From a virus (Duplodnaviria > Heunggongvirae > Uroviricota > Caudoviricetes): a stretch of DNA of 64,000 nucleotides. Below the pieces are notes generated by a model that saw only the letters and a program-made list of their open reading frames with translations, did no database searches and had not been told where the DNA came from. Both the position numbers and the translations under genes were made by a program. Positions 22,295 to 32,332 of this stretch are shown in pieces (position 1 is the stretch's first letter; the number at the start of each line of letters is the position of its first letter). The stretch lies in IMG/VR virus record IMGVR_UViG_2778261571_000004. The stretch is one strand, 5' to 3'.

Positions 22295-22542
22295 ACAACC
22301 ACCTTAGTCACAACATGATCCTGAGTAACTGGATGAACTTGAGGTATCGCATCCACCGTCATCCCATCCAGAGTGACAGGACGCTCTACTGTAGTGGTGG
22401 TAATTGTCGTCGACGGAGGTGTGGTGATGGATGAACCCGGCATCAAAAGGCTCTGGCCGGCTGGAACGGCTACCGTCGCCAGTGAAACTATAATGAGAAC
22501 GTAGGCCATTGGTTTCAGCCTCTTTCTTTGAAAATTTTCCAT
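22291..22542 (-). CDS. small secreted/membrane-anchored T/P-rich protein (83 aa; possible start at internal Met)
   Basis: Basic N-terminus + hydrophobic core + AVPA-GQS signal-peptidase-like site; AAGGA SD; embedded out of frame in 22304..22798. Confidence 0.35.
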   Translation of the reverse strand: MENFQRKRLKPMAYVLIIVSLATVAVPAGQSLLMPGSSITTPPSTTITTTTVERPVTLDGMTVDAIPQVHPVTQDHVVTKVVV

Positions 22543-22798
22543 TCGAACTGTCCTTGTTGTTTTTCTCCTTCACTAAAGGCCGTGTACTTTTCGCTTCGCG
22601 TGAAGAACCAGAGGCAACAATCGCCCCCACGTTCGCAACAACTGACGCTTGATTATCTAAACGTTCATTCAGCAACCGAACGGTAGTCTCTAGTTCATCA
22701 AGACGTGACATAACACGACCGCTAAACAATTCGGCCAAAATTTGACGTAAAGAACGAGGACGTTTAGTTGCAGAAGTGAAATAGGTTTGACGTGCCAT
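22304..22798 (-). CDS. hypothetical protein; N-terminal about 80 aa coiled-coil-like, C-terminal half low-complexity and overlapping 22291..22542
   Basis: Two long overlapping frames; only one may be real over 22304..22542. Confidence 0.35.
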   Translation of the reverse strand: MARQTYFTSATKRPRSLRQILAELFSGRVMSRLDELETTVRLLNERLDNQASVVANVGAIVASGSSREAKSTRPLVKEKNNKDSSNGKFSKKEAETNGLRSHYSFTGDGSRSSRPEPFDAGFIHHHTSVDDNYHHYSRASCHSGWDDGGCDTSSSSSYSGSCCD

Positions 22799-22943
22799 GT
22801 GGACTCCATCCAGTGTCAGAAAGAGTTGCGGCTGGCGATTGCCAGCCGCCTTTCTCGTTCCATCCTGGAACTGTGTCTTACCGACACATTGTCATCCTGA
22901 CGCTGATAAGATACATGATTTAAAATGATAGGTAAACACTTAC

Positions 22944-23537
22944 TTACCACTTGTTATAAACAAAACCAATATCTTTCTTGTGAGGCATATCTGCTGCTGA
23001 AAAAGCTGCGATCTTCGCGAGTCGATCACATATTTCATTTTCACGATGCCCGGCGTGACCTTTAACCCACTTCCAGCGAACATTATGTCGACTTGCGGCC
23101 TCATCCAGACGCTTCCACAGATCAACATTCTTTACCGGTTTTTTGTCAGAAGTCATCCATCCATTGCGTTTCCACCATTTCATCCACTGTGTCATGCCGT
23201 TTTTCAGATACTGGCTATCAGAGTGCAAAATAACGTTGCATGGATATTTCAAACGCTCCAGCCCGATAAGTGCGCCCATCATCTCCATGCGGTTATTGGT
23301 GGTGCTATGAAAACCATCTGAGAACTCGCGTTCCTCACCACGATACTGGAGAACGATACCGTAACCGCCCGGGCCACCCGGATTTTTAAGGCAAGAGCCA
23401 TCACTAAAGATTTTCACGGTTTTGAGCTGGGGATTGAACTCTACGACAGGCGTTGTGGGATTGGTGCGGGGAGAATTTTTGTTTTTGGCTTTTTTGCGAG
23501 TTTTTGCTTGCGATCGGGCTGGTGTCTTCGTCGTCAT
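22944..23537 (-). CDS. rnhA: ribonuclease HI with lysine-rich N-terminal extension
   Basis: DGSC..GPGGYG..TNNRMEL..HSDSQY..VKGHAGH..NE.CD motifs as in bacterial RNase HI; AGGAG SD before Met18 of the track ORF. Confidence 0.8.
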   Translation of the reverse strand: MTTKTPARSQAKTRKKAKNKNSPRTNPTTPVVEFNPQLKTVKIFSDGSCLKNPGGPGGYGIVLQYRGEEREFSDGFHSTTNNRMEMMGALIGLERLKYPCNVILHSDSQYLKNGMTQWMKWWKRNGWMTSDKKPVKNVDLWKRLDEAASRHNVRWKWVKGHAGHRENEICDRLAKIAAFSAADMPHKKDIGFVYNKW

Positions 23538-24119
23538 ATAAACTCCTGAATCAAGCGCCGCGCCGATTTTTTCCTCGCGCGTGCGCACACGCGTGCGTGT
23601 TAATAATTATTAAAATAAACAAATTACTTCCCAGAACAGGTTTTTATAAACCTGAACTGAACGAACGAAGTGAGTGAAGTTCACCTCGAACGAAGTGAGA
23701 GGTTGTCTTTTCAGGTAATACTCTCCCAGGGAGGTGAGTATAAAATTCCTCACCAACCTGGTCGTTTCATAACCTGAAAAGCTATGGTCTAAGTCTACTG
23801 CCAGCTTAGACTTGGGAAGTTATGGATGACAGCACCCCAGAACCGAGATCTTCCCACACTTTATGAAGGGGAGTACTGGATTCAACCTCTCGAAACACCC
23901 CAGACTCGACAATCATAAAGTGACCCTTGTCTCTGCTCACTTTGGTTCCCCCTTCCCCGACACCTATACGGCACCGGTTCTACGCTGGTAGTGAGCTTTT
24001 TTAAACCTGACGCCAGTGACGCTTACCCCCACCCATCAGGTCGAGCCTCCAGTCTACGACTGGAAACTATCATATCTTAGCACTTACAATTCACTTTATG
24101 AATAGTTTGTACTTATCTA

Positions 24120-24350
24120 TCATTGTGATTGATTATTTTCTCGACCATGTAGTTGAACATTCAAGGCAAACACCTCATTGATCAACTCACCTAAAAGCTG
24201 TTCAACAAGTTCGCGATGCTCGCCAAGATGCAAGCACTTAATTGCCCACTCGTACAAGTTGAAAGCCTGCTCACGATCTTTCATCATTTCACGAGCCTGG
24301 GCCAGAAAATCGCTCTCTACGAGCGCAACGACATTAGTCGGGTATGACAT
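24120..24350 (-). CDS. small hypothetical protein (start at Met9 of track ORF)
   Basis: AAGGAAA SD before Met9. Confidence 0.4.
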   Translation of the reverse strand: MSYPTNVVALVESDFLAQAREMMKDREQAFNLYEWAIKCLHLGEHRELVEQLLGELINEVFALNVQLHGRENNQSQ

Positions 24351-24535
24351 GTTGGTTTCCTTAAAGTGGTTCATAAAATCGATTTTAAAGCGTCTGGGAA
24401 GGGGTTCTAGTGGATTCTGTAGTGATGTTCAGGTCTGGAGTCTCTGATACAAAACAGCCTGCTTCCGTATATTAATAATTAATATGTAGTTATTTATATA
24501 TACAGAAGCAGGCTAATTACAGACGCCAGAACAAA

Positions 24536-25129
24536 CTAAGCAGCCTTCTTTGATGGTCTTTTTTTCCTGATCACATTCGCAGGATCATACCCTCCCAGAC
24601 TTTTCATGACGTCCAAAGGGATCTTGCTTATAGAGTGCCCAGCGTCCTGACAGAATCCTCGAAAAACAACGAGCATACTGCCACCGGGGTTGATGTTTAC
24701 TTCTACCTGACCCAAATTGACGTCAGGCTCGACAAACGCTACGCGGCCACCAGACAGAATAATCGTCTCATTCGCACACTCTGTTGCACGCTCATACCAC
24801 TTTGTATCGAGGGATTGAGGAATTAGCATCACTGTTGTAACTCCGCGAGCCTGCTCACGTATAGCCGCATCAATCCAGGGGGAGATTTTGGAGTAGGGTG
24901 GATTGAGGAAGGCAATTGTACCTGGCTGTCCCCATTCAGATTTCAAAGCATCACGCTCAACGCCTATGAAATTAGGCAGCTTCGCATTGTCCTTGTTGCA
25001 GGCAACGTCAACATCAAATGTCACTCCAAGATAACGTTGAATGGCAGAAAACAGCCAGTCAGGTGTTCTCCAGAGGTCACGAAGAGAGTTGTCGCGCTTT
25101 CGCTGTTTGATTTTTTCGGCTGCAATCAT
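24536..25129 (-). CDS. DNA N6-adenine methyltransferase, phage Dam family (orphan)
   Basis: WRTPDWLF...FDVDVAC...FLNPPYS signature of small phage Dam-type MTases; no cognate nuclease adjacent. Confidence 0.7.
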   Translation of the reverse strand: MIAAEKIKQRKRDNSLRDLWRTPDWLFSAIQRYLGVTFDVDVACNKDNAKLPNFIGVERDALKSEWGQPGTIAFLNPPYSKISPWIDAAIREQARGVTTVMLIPQSLDTKWYERATECANETIILSGGRVAFVEPDVNLGQVEVNINPGGSMLVVFRGFCQDAGHSISKIPLDVMKSLGGYDPANVIRKKRPSKKAA

Positions 25130-25140
25130 CTTCTTTCTCG

Positions 25141-25160
25141 ATAGGTAAGTGATTACCTAT
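25141..25160 (-). promoter_or_regulatory. motif-2 palindrome (ATAGGTAAG-tg-aTTACCTAT) upstream of Dam-family gene, approximate
   Basis: Inverted repeat about 12 nt 5' of the start. Confidence 0.4.
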
Positions 25161-25312
25161 TTTTGCATTTGATTTTATGTCTGGCAATCAAATAAAACGC
25201 GCCAGAAATGCAAACGAGAAGCTCTCTGGCGCGTTTTTGTGGTGCTGGATATGTGATTGGCTTACCCAGCACTATAAAGCTCTCTATGGGCTTTATTTTC
25301 AGTAGGGGGACG

Positions 25313-26122
25313 TCATCCAATAGTGTACTCCGCTACAAACTTCTTAACGATCGGTGATTCTTCGTTCAATGTTAGATTTCCACCGTCTCTAACGGCAATT
25401 CCTGTCGCTGGAAATACAGCCATCATTTGCCCAGCCTGAGTTGACGCAGTGTTAAGCGGATACGGTTTTTCTGGATTGCTCATTAAAGCAATCTTAATAC
25501 TATTACTTGTAGCCTTCTTTTCTGTGAGAAGGTGTCTCATGGAAATTACCGTGTAAACACTAATATCTGGACCTCCGCTAAACCAATTAAGAAGGTTTAA
25601 TATCTTATCCTTTGCTTTGACAGGCGCGTTATCGTAAGCGTCTAAGAAAATATCTGTTTCTAAGCCTGCTTTATTGAAAAACGAATCATCTTTATCACTT
25701 AAAGTAAAACGAGGACCTCTTGCAGTACGCGCTTTTTTATTTGTGTTGCTATCATTTGACTGTTGAACTTTTAATTCATCATTAACATCAACACACTCTT
25801 CAACCTCAATCAATCCCAATTGTTCTGGCTCATTTTCGGCAACTTCACCACTTTCAGTGTTAATTACGTTTATAGGCTCATGAGCTAACTCCAACTCATT
25901 TAAAGCGGAGCTGAAATCACCTGCTTTTTCTTCATTGAACAGTTCTTTGGCAACATCATCAGAACTCATGGCTACGCCAGCATCGAGGCCGAGAAGCAGA
26001 TCGTCAATATCATCAGTATTTTCAACCTGTGCAGCTTTTTTTACTGGTTCATCAAGTGATTGCAACATGGCTGTCAGCTCATCCAGATCATCATTTGTCA
26101 TTACATTTTCAACCGAACTCAT
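25313..26122 (-). CDS. hypothetical protein with strongly acidic N-terminal half
   Basis: AGGAGA SD; first about 120 aa D/E-rich. Confidence 0.5.
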   Translation of the reverse strand: MSSVENVMTNDDLDELTAMLQSLDEPVKKAAQVENTDDIDDLLLGLDAGVAMSSDDVAKELFNEEKAGDFSSALNELELAHEPINVINTESGEVAENEPEQLGLIEVEECVDVNDELKVQQSNDSNTNKKARTARGPRFTLSDKDDSFFNKAGLETDIFLDAYDNAPVKAKDKILNLLNWFSGGPDISVYTVISMRHLLTEKKATSNSIKIALMSNPEKPYPLNTASTQAGQMMAVFPATGIAVRDGGNLTLNEESPIVKKFVAEYTIG

Positions 26123-26282
26123 GTAAGTCTCCTTCTGTTTAGTTGCATTTGCGTTTCGATGGCTACATTTTGACTAAACCTATCAGGCGGAAAAGTATTA
26201 AATACAGGCAGGAAATGATTGAAAGGCGACTGTTCTTTAAAAGAAAGCCTGCTTCAAACTCTCTTTAAAGCAGGCTTTTGTT

Positions 26283-26840
26283 TTACACAATTTCAGAGGG
26301 TAATTTAAAAAATCCGTATTTATTACGTGCCTTAAAGAAGCATTGCATCATTAAGTTTGTGTCATATAAGGCACTATGTGCTTTGGCATGATCGTATATA
26401 AAGCCAAGAGAGAAGGCCAATTCTTCAAGGCGAGGACGTTTACCGTCTTCTGTGGCCCACAATCCCGATAACATAGTATCTATAACGGGAACGTCTGGCA
26501 GTCTTACTCCATACCCTGAAAACTCGTGTCTAATAAATGGTATATCAAACGCTTCGCCGTTATGAGCAACCCACGCACTACATGCCTCCATATAAGCGCC
26601 AATTTCGCTGGCATGATTTGACAACAAAGGTTCAGCTGCCAGCTGTTCTAATGAAATGCCATGAACGGCTTGAGCTTTCGGATCTATGTTTCTGCGAGGG
26701 TTAAAACGCATCTCCAGACTATCAATATGTCTCTGTGTCTCCAGTTCATAGCGGGTAATTGCGATTTCAATAATTTTATGACCAGCAAGGAAATCCAGTC
26801 CCGTAGACTCGATATCGATGCCTGCAACAATCGTTGTCAT
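26283..26840 (-). CDS. DEDDh-family 3'-5' exonuclease (DnaQ/ExoX-like)
   Basis: IDIESTG (Exo I), HNGEAFD (Exo II), HSALYD (Exo III) motifs. Confidence 0.7.
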   Translation of the reverse strand: MTTIVAGIDIESTGLDFLAGHKIIEIAITRYELETQRHIDSLEMRFNPRRNIDPKAQAVHGISLEQLAAEPLLSNHASEIGAYMEACSAWVAHNGEAFDIPFIRHEFSGYGVRLPDVPVIDTMLSGLWATEDGKRPRLEELAFSLGFIYDHAKAHSALYDTNLMMQCFFKARNKYGFFKLPSEIV

Positions 26841-26849
26841 CAGAACTCC

Positions 26850-27269
26850 TTACAACTTCTTAGCGCCCTTAAGTAGTGCGCTACGTACAAATTGAGCCGC
26901 TTTTTTCAAAGTTTCTTCACTGGTTTCACAGACAATCGGATCTTTCCACTTACCTGACGCAGTGTTGAGAATATTGATTTGGTTGCTATCCAGACAAACA
27001 GAGATATAAAGCACCGTGCCACCAGCCAGCATCAAATGCATAGGAAACAGAGGCTTTTTACTGCCTTCACTGAACTGAGACATGGCGATGTTAATGGCTT
27101 CACCCACTTGTGTACCAACAAGCCCCTGCGCAGTTTCGAATATGGCACGAATAGCCAGACGAGCCTCTCGATCGCTCATAAGCGACCGGGAATGTTCGTC
27201 CGCTACACGAATCAAAGCCTCTGTTGTTTTCCGATCCAGTTCATCTTCAAGCAACATTTCACTAAACAT
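26850..27269 (-). CDS. hypothetical protein
   Basis: ORF with AAGGAT SD. Confidence 0.5.
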   Translation of the reverse strand: MFSEMLLEDELDRKTTEALIRVADEHSRSLMSDREARLAIRAIFETAQGLVGTQVGEAINIAMSQFSEGSKKPLFPMHLMLAGGTVLYISVCLDSNQINILNTASGKWKDPIVCETSEETLKKAAQFVRSALLKGAKKL

Positions 27270-27330
27270 TTTTTATCCTTAACCCATTTTGAGAGTTTTA
27301 TTGTCGCAATGTCGAAGAGGCGAACAATTT

Positions 27331-27975
27331 CTAATGAACGGTTACTCGGCCACAGAACCGGTTTTCTATCTTTTCTACAGCGTTATCTAGCATTCTCATC
27401 ACTGATCTGGCTCTTGCTTCAACCGTGCGATATCGGTTGGAAACGACGAAGGTTTGCAGATCCCCCCTTTGCGGATGCAGGTGAATTTTTGTCAGTTCCC
27501 CGCACATCAACGCATCAATACGAGCGACATACAGACGGTCTAATGATGCTCGTTGTGATCGCAAGTAATCTCGCTCTGAGAGAGCGACTCCCGGGCGTAA
27601 GCCAGCAATGGCGTTAAAGTTTGAAATAGCAGTTTTGTGGCAAAACTTTTCGATATCGAGGGCTAACTCAATACATCGATCTTCATTGGTATGGCCGACC
27701 AAATCCAACGTGTAGGCCATAACATCAGCAGGTGTGCGATCGATAACAAAGCCTTCAACACCACGCGTAAGTAGCTCTATATGCTTTGCTATTTCCATTT
27801 GAATCTGAAGCCGCTCATATAGAGGCATAGACTCACCTACTCGAACACCGAGTCGGCTCATCAAACTTCCGACACCAGCATCCACGTAAGGGATTCCGTA
27901 ATGTTTGTCGATATATTTAGCCAGGGTTGTTTTCCCACTGCCCTGAGCACCAGTGATCCCAATCCGGTAATCCAT
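27331..27975 (-). CDS. P-loop NTPase, probable nucleotide kinase
   Basis: Walker A GAQGSGKTT near N-terminus; TAATG coupling with upstream DHFR gene. Confidence 0.55.
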   Translation of the reverse strand: MDYRIGITGAQGSGKTTLAKYIDKHYGIPYVDAGVGSLMSRLGVRVGESMPLYERLQIQMEIAKHIELLTRGVEGFVIDRTPADVMAYTLDLVGHTNEDRCIELALDIEKFCHKTAISNFNAIAGLRPGVALSERDYLRSQRASLDRLYVARIDALMCGELTKIHLHPQRGDLQTFVVSNRYRTVEARARSVMRMLDNAVEKIENRFCGRVTVH

Positions 27976-28451
27976 TACGACCTTCTGTATACGATCTGCG
28001 AAAAGCCAGGCTCTTCCTCGCTGGCTCGTTGGGTATAAGCTGTTTCAACAGGCACAAAGCCTAAGTTACGCATCATGCTTGCCGGGAAGAATGCATCGGC
28101 GTTTGGTACATCAACGCCGATGTGGGAGAGCCAAATCTCTTCAACATGCGGCATGAATAGCGAGTAAATTTGTTCCCCGCCAATCACCCACACAGGCTCT
28201 GGTAATCGCAACACATCATCCACACCAGCAGGGTAGAATCCATTTGGTACAAAGCCATGAGAGCGCGTCAAAACGAGGTTATGACGCTCTGGAAGAGGGC
28301 GTTTGAGACTTTCCATCGTTTTACGCCCCATAACGACAGTGGCGTTTTTGGTGAGTCTCTTAAATAGCTTCAGATCGGTAGAACAACGCCAGGGCAGTTC
28401 GTTCGCTATGCCGATCTCATAGTTACGGCCAACAGCAGCGATCATCTTCAT
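27975..28451 (-). CDS. dihydrofolate reductase
   Basis: N-terminal IAAVGRNYEIG..LPW, VVMGRKT, PLPERHNLVL, VIGGEQIY motifs typical of DHFR. Confidence 0.85.
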   Translation of the reverse strand: MKMIAAVGRNYEIGIANELPWRCSTDLKLFKRLTKNATVVMGRKTMESLKRPLPERHNLVLTRSHGFVPNGFYPAGVDDVLRLPEPVWVIGGEQIYSLFMPHVEEIWLSHIGVDVPNADAFFPASMMRNLGFVPVETAYTQRASEEEPGFSQIVYRRS

Positions 28452-28861
28452 TTGCTCACCTCATAGATGACCGGTCGATGGTGAGAGTCGGCTAAAGCGG
28501 CACGGAGTCGAGGATCGTGCACCAGCGCAGCGATAAGCAGATCGCCTTTATGCTCCGCTAATGTGCGCTTAATATGCTTCTCATAACTGGTGCCATTCGG
28601 TACGAGATGAAGCCAGTCATAATCAACGCCAAAATCTTTCAGCCATCGTTTAGTTGGCGCTTCAAGAGTTTCAGAGCGGCTACTGATAAGCACCACTTCA
28701 GCCCCTGAGCGAGCAAAACCACGCAACATACGGCTGGTGGGGAAAATGAGTTCATCACCGGCAATGAGCTGGCCTGCATCCGCGTCAGATACTGATTTAC
28801 GATGGCTGGCATTTGCCAGCACACCTTCAATTTCGCATAAGACATACATACCTCTTGCCAT
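28448..28861 (-). CDS. hypothetical protein, possibly HAD-like (start at Met17 of track ORF)
   Basis: ATGA overlap with DHFR start; N-terminal VLCEIEGVL is an atypical DxDG-like motif with Glu in place of Asp. Confidence 0.4.
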   Translation of the reverse strand: MARGMYVLCEIEGVLANASHRKSVSDADAGQLIAGDELIFPTSRMLRGFARSGAEVVLISSRSETLEAPTKRWLKDFGVDYDWLHLVPNGTSYEKHIKRTLAEHKGDLLIAALVHDPRLRAALADSHHRPVIYEVSK

Positions 28862-28862
28862 A

Positions 28863-29966
28863 TCACACCGCCACTGGAACCTTGATCCACGGTAGAGGGT
28901 CATAGCCAAGAATTAAAACCTCGTCCCATTTGAAATCATCCAACTCTGACCATTCATGAGGGAAAATAACGACCGGATCTGAATGCTCTGGAGCCTGTCG
29001 TTTCATTAGCTCACACACACCTTCCATGTGGTTGTTGTACAAATGCACGTCAAAGCCAAAATGCACAAATGCACCGGCCATGTGACCCGTAATCTTCGCG
29101 AGAAAATGAGTGAGAATGCCATAGCCAGCAATATTGAATGGCATACCAACAAAAGTGTCTACGCTACGCTGTACGAGGCAGGAGTTGAGGATGCGTTTGG
29201 GGATTCCAAGTTCATCCAGTTCAGCTTCAGTAACACTGCCGTCCATATCCAGATCGTATAGCATCTTGGTGTAGATAGACTCGTAACCGAGGCGACTGTG
29301 TTGAAGACCAATGTCAGTTGCCATCGTTAAACGGGTTTCAAAATCCAGCTCACGACTCCACAAAGAGAAGACAAAGTGGCAAGGTGGCAGTTTCATATCC
29401 TCAAGCTCGCCTACGTTCCATGCGTTAAGCATGATGCGACGATCGGTAGGGTTCGTGCGCAGTGTATCGACAATACGCTGTAGCTGATCGATTTCACGGG
29501 ACAGCACTACGCGATCTTCACTGATACCCAGGTATCCCTCGACTTTGTACCCGCGTTCACGGAAAGTAGCGATCTTGCTCAGATATTCACTATGGCTCAC
29601 GATGCGGGTATCTTCCCATCGACGCCACTGCTTACCGTAAACCGGCCCCAAATCGCCATTCTCATCGGCCCATGCATCCCAAATCTTAACGCCGTTATCC
29701 TTGAGAAATTGGATGTTGCCCGTGCCTTTCAGATACCACTCAAGTTCGACAAGTAGTGGCTTAAGATTTACCGCCTTTCCAGAAATAAGCGGCACAGTCC
29801 CACCAGTAAGCATGTAGTAAGAGGGAACGTAGCAGGTGCTTAAAGTACCAGTGCCTGTGCGATCATCAGCCTGCACGCCGCTTTTAAGCACCGTCTCAAT
29901 AACTTTTGCATACGATGCGTTTGTTACCTGACCGTTCGTATGCTCTCGATTCAAAAGGAGTGACAC
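28863..29966 (-). CDS. thymidylate synthase (ThyA family) with about 45-aa internal insertion
   Basis: DRTGTGT, catalytic PPCH, QRSVD, PFNIA (Asn = dUMP-type) motifs; insert between PCH and QRS blocks. Confidence 0.8.
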   Translation of the reverse strand: MSLLLNREHTNGQVTNASYAKVIETVLKSGVQADDRTGTGTLSTCYVPSYYMLTGGTVPLISGKAVNLKPLLVELEWYLKGTGNIQFLKDNGVKIWDAWADENGDLGPVYGKQWRRWEDTRIVSHSEYLSKIATFRERGYKVEGYLGISEDRVVLSREIDQLQRIVDTLRTNPTDRRIMLNAWNVGELEDMKLPPCHFVFSLWSRELDFETRLTMATDIGLQHSRLGYESIYTKMLYDLDMDGSVTEAELDELGIPKRILNSCLVQRSVDTFVGMPFNIAGYGILTHFLAKITGHMAGAFVHFGFDVHLYNNHMEGVCELMKRQAPEHSDPVVIFPHEWSELDDFKWDEVLILGYDPLPWIKVPVAV

Positions 29967-29979
29967 AAAAACCTCACAA

Positions 29980-29998
29980 AGATAAGTAATTACTTATT
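29980..29998 (-). promoter_or_regulatory. motif-2 palindrome (GATAAGTA-at-TACTTAT), approximate
   Basis: About 15 nt 5' of the ThyA-like start. Confidence 0.4.
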
Positions 29999-30136
29999 CA
30001 TCGTGTGAGTTTACATTCATTGAGAGAACAAGACCAGACAGATAAAAAAATGGTGGCCATAGGCCACCAAAACGAATAGTCATTCCAGAGTTTTATTACG
30101 CATGTTAAATATACACAGATAGATAACTACCTACAA

Positions 30137-31006
30137 TTATTTTTTGATCATTCCGTACATTGCTGAGGCTTTAGCTTGCTCAACAAAGGAGGATAAATCG
30201 ACATCACTATAGGTTGGAGACTTCAGAATCTTTCCATCGGAAATTCGAAAACCGATCATCTTATCGGTGCCATCAGCATGGCGGAATCCCAGATCTGAAG
30301 AGTCGTATTTGCAGTTGGCCACAGCCTGGCGACGTTCCTCAACATCAGCAGGCCATAATTTTGTCATGTTAGACCGATGAATTTCGCCAACCAGCTCGAC
30401 GACATTGATACCGAGGAAATCAGCCAGTCGATAAGTCATCATGCACGCCACATAGATTTTGTTCATGACACGGCGCAGTTCCTGAATCAGCTCAGAATCC
30501 TTAACAGTCTTGTTCTCAAGTTTATCTGCCAGCTCTTCGAGCATACATGACGCCTCACGAGCTTCCTGAAATGGCATTGCCATATCATCGAAAACAGTGT
30601 TACCGGGCACAAAAATTGTCTGCATAAAGCGATCAATGCTCTGTTCCTGCGTGTAATAGGTCATGCCGGTAGAAATACCACCTTTGATGGCGACCATCGT
30701 ACCAACACCAACGTATAAAAAGTCGGCCATTGCATCCAGCAGTTGCTCAATATCCCCATTCATTGCGGCTGGAATACCTTCCACTACAGCTTCTTCATGA
30801 ATCAGGCTTGCACGGAGACGAAGCAGCTCTGGTGTCGGCATAACGCGTCTCGGATGCTGGAAGAGTTCATGAAACTGATCGACCATCTTGTAAATACTTT
30901 CAGTAGCTACACCATGACCTTCATGCAACTCATATGGTTCTGGCTTAAATCCAATGAGACGATCGGTGGCAAGTTTCAGGTGGTCAGTCAGTTTGGTAAA
31001 GTTCAT
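30137..31006 (-). CDS. hypothetical protein, possibly MazG-like NTP pyrophosphohydrolase (tentative)
   Basis: Two helical repeats with EE..E/D patterns; weak. Confidence 0.3.
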   Translation of the reverse strand: MNFTKLTDHLKLATDRLIGFKPEPYELHEGHGVATESIYKMVDQFHELFQHPRRVMPTPELLRLRASLIHEEAVVEGIPAAMNGDIEQLLDAMADFLYVGVGTMVAIKGGISTGMTYYTQEQSIDRFMQTIFVPGNTVFDDMAMPFQEAREASCMLEELADKLENKTVKDSELIQELRRVMNKIYVACMMTYRLADFLGINVVELVGEIHRSNMTKLWPADVEERRQAVANCKYDSSDLGFRHADGTDKMIGFRISDGKILKSPTYSDVDLSSFVEQAKASAMYGMIKK

Positions 31007-31083
31007 GCTAGTTTTGTTCCTTCTTAATTCTTGTGATCCATTGTGGCCCAGCGTTGCCAGGCCACATAATGCTTTGTATCGGT

Positions 31084-32226
31084 TTACAGGTCTGCAAACT
31101 GGCTTAGAGAAGCCTTATCCACGGTAGAATCGATCTGACCTACCAGATATGTGCTTTGCTCTGCCTCTTGTGGTGCAATTTGCAGTGTGTCGGTTAACAA
31201 CCACTTGTTCATCCAGACCAGCGGATCTGTGGTAACTTCTGGAAATAAAGCCTTCAGGCCAAGACGATTCATAGCCAGATTGGTGCGGTATTTTACATAG
31301 GTCTTCAGAATATCCGCGTTTAAACCAATCATCGAACCGTCTTTGAAGAGATAGTCTGCCCAGTTCATTTCTTGTTCGGCGACTGATTTCATGGTGTCGT
31401 AAATGACGTTTTCTTCATCAGCAGCAATCTCTTTCCACAATAAACCTTCGCGACCGGTACGCATGAAGCGGATCATGCGTTCAGTTCCTTCGCAATGCAG
31501 AGCTTCATCACGGGCAATAAAGCGCATAATTTTGGTGTTACCCTCAAGCAACTTCCGTTCGCCAAAGGCAAACGTACATGCAAAACTTACATAGAAACGG
31601 ATCGCCTCAAGCGCATTAATGGACACCAACGTGCGGAAAAGCTGACGGTGCAAAGGGTATGGCTCCCAGCCATATTCATTTACGTACAGACGTTCAAACT
31701 CTTTCTCACCTAACGACTGGCGCTCGCAGGTCATCCTATAAAGCCTGTCATATTCAGCAGAGATACTGATCGCTCGGTTGATGATTTCTTCATCCGTAAC
31801 AATACCGTCAAAAACAATACTCGGATCGTCCACCATGCCACGAATAATGTGGGTGTAGCTGCGGCTATGGATAGTCTCAGAGAAAGACCATGTTTCAACC
31901 CACGTTTCCAGTTCAGGAATAGAGATAAGCGGCAGCAGCGTTGCATTTGGGCTACGTCCCTGAACTGAATCGAGTAACGTTTGATAACGGAGATTGCTCA
32001 GAAAAATGTGACGTTCGTGGTCCCGCAGCTTCGTGTTGAAGTCGATACGATCGCTCGAAATATCAACTTCTTCCGGCCGCCAGAAGAAAGACAATTGACG
32101 TTCAATCAACTTTTCAAAATCACGGTATTTTTGCTGATCGTAACGTGCCACGTTGACAGATTGTCCGAGGAACATAGGCTCTTTGGTTGCATCATTAGCA
32201 CCCAAACGGAACGTTGAATATGACAT
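31084..32226 (-). CDS. nrdB: ribonucleotide reductase class Ia small subunit
   Basis: Di-iron/tyrosyl-radical family features; adjacent to nrdA. Confidence 0.9.
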   Translation of the reverse strand: MSYSTFRLGANDATKEPMFLGQSVNVARYDQQKYRDFEKLIERQLSFFWRPEEVDISSDRIDFNTKLRDHERHIFLSNLRYQTLLDSVQGRSPNATLLPLISIPELETWVETWSFSETIHSRSYTHIIRGMVDDPSIVFDGIVTDEEIINRAISISAEYDRLYRMTCERQSLGEKEFERLYVNEYGWEPYPLHRQLFRTLVSINALEAIRFYVSFACTFAFGERKLLEGNTKIMRFIARDEALHCEGTERMIRFMRTGREGLLWKEIAADEENVIYDTMKSVAEQEMNWADYLFKDGSMIGLNADILKTYVKYRTNLAMNRLGLKALFPEVTTDPLVWMNKWLLTDTLQIAPQEAEQSTYLVGQIDSTVDKASLSQFADL

Positions 32227-32254
32227 GTGTTTTTCCTTTTTCTTTTTTGGTGCG

Positions 32255-32277
32255 TTTAAACAAGTTGTTATCTTATG
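32255..32277 (-). promoter_or_regulatory. motif-1 palindrome (TTTAAACAAGTTGTTATCTTA) upstream of nrdB, approximate
   Basis: Recurrent motif; preceded in transcript sense by nrdA terminator hairpin. Confidence 0.45.
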
Positions 32278-32308
32278 TGTTTAAACAAGGCTTACAAATC
32301 AAAGAGAA

Positions 32309-32327
32309 GGTGGGGATATCCCCCACC
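32309..32327 (-). terminator. hairpin terminator after nrdA (ggtgggg..ccccacc + T-rich), approximate
   Basis: Stem-loop then ttctctttgattt in minus sense. Confidence 0.5.
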
Positions 32328-32332
32328 ATATG

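Noticed and set aside
28863-32226. Group I introns in the thymidylate synthase and nrdB homologues (as in T4 td and nrdB)
   Set aside because: Both reading frames are continuous; the ThyA insertion is in-frame protein sequence, not an intron.
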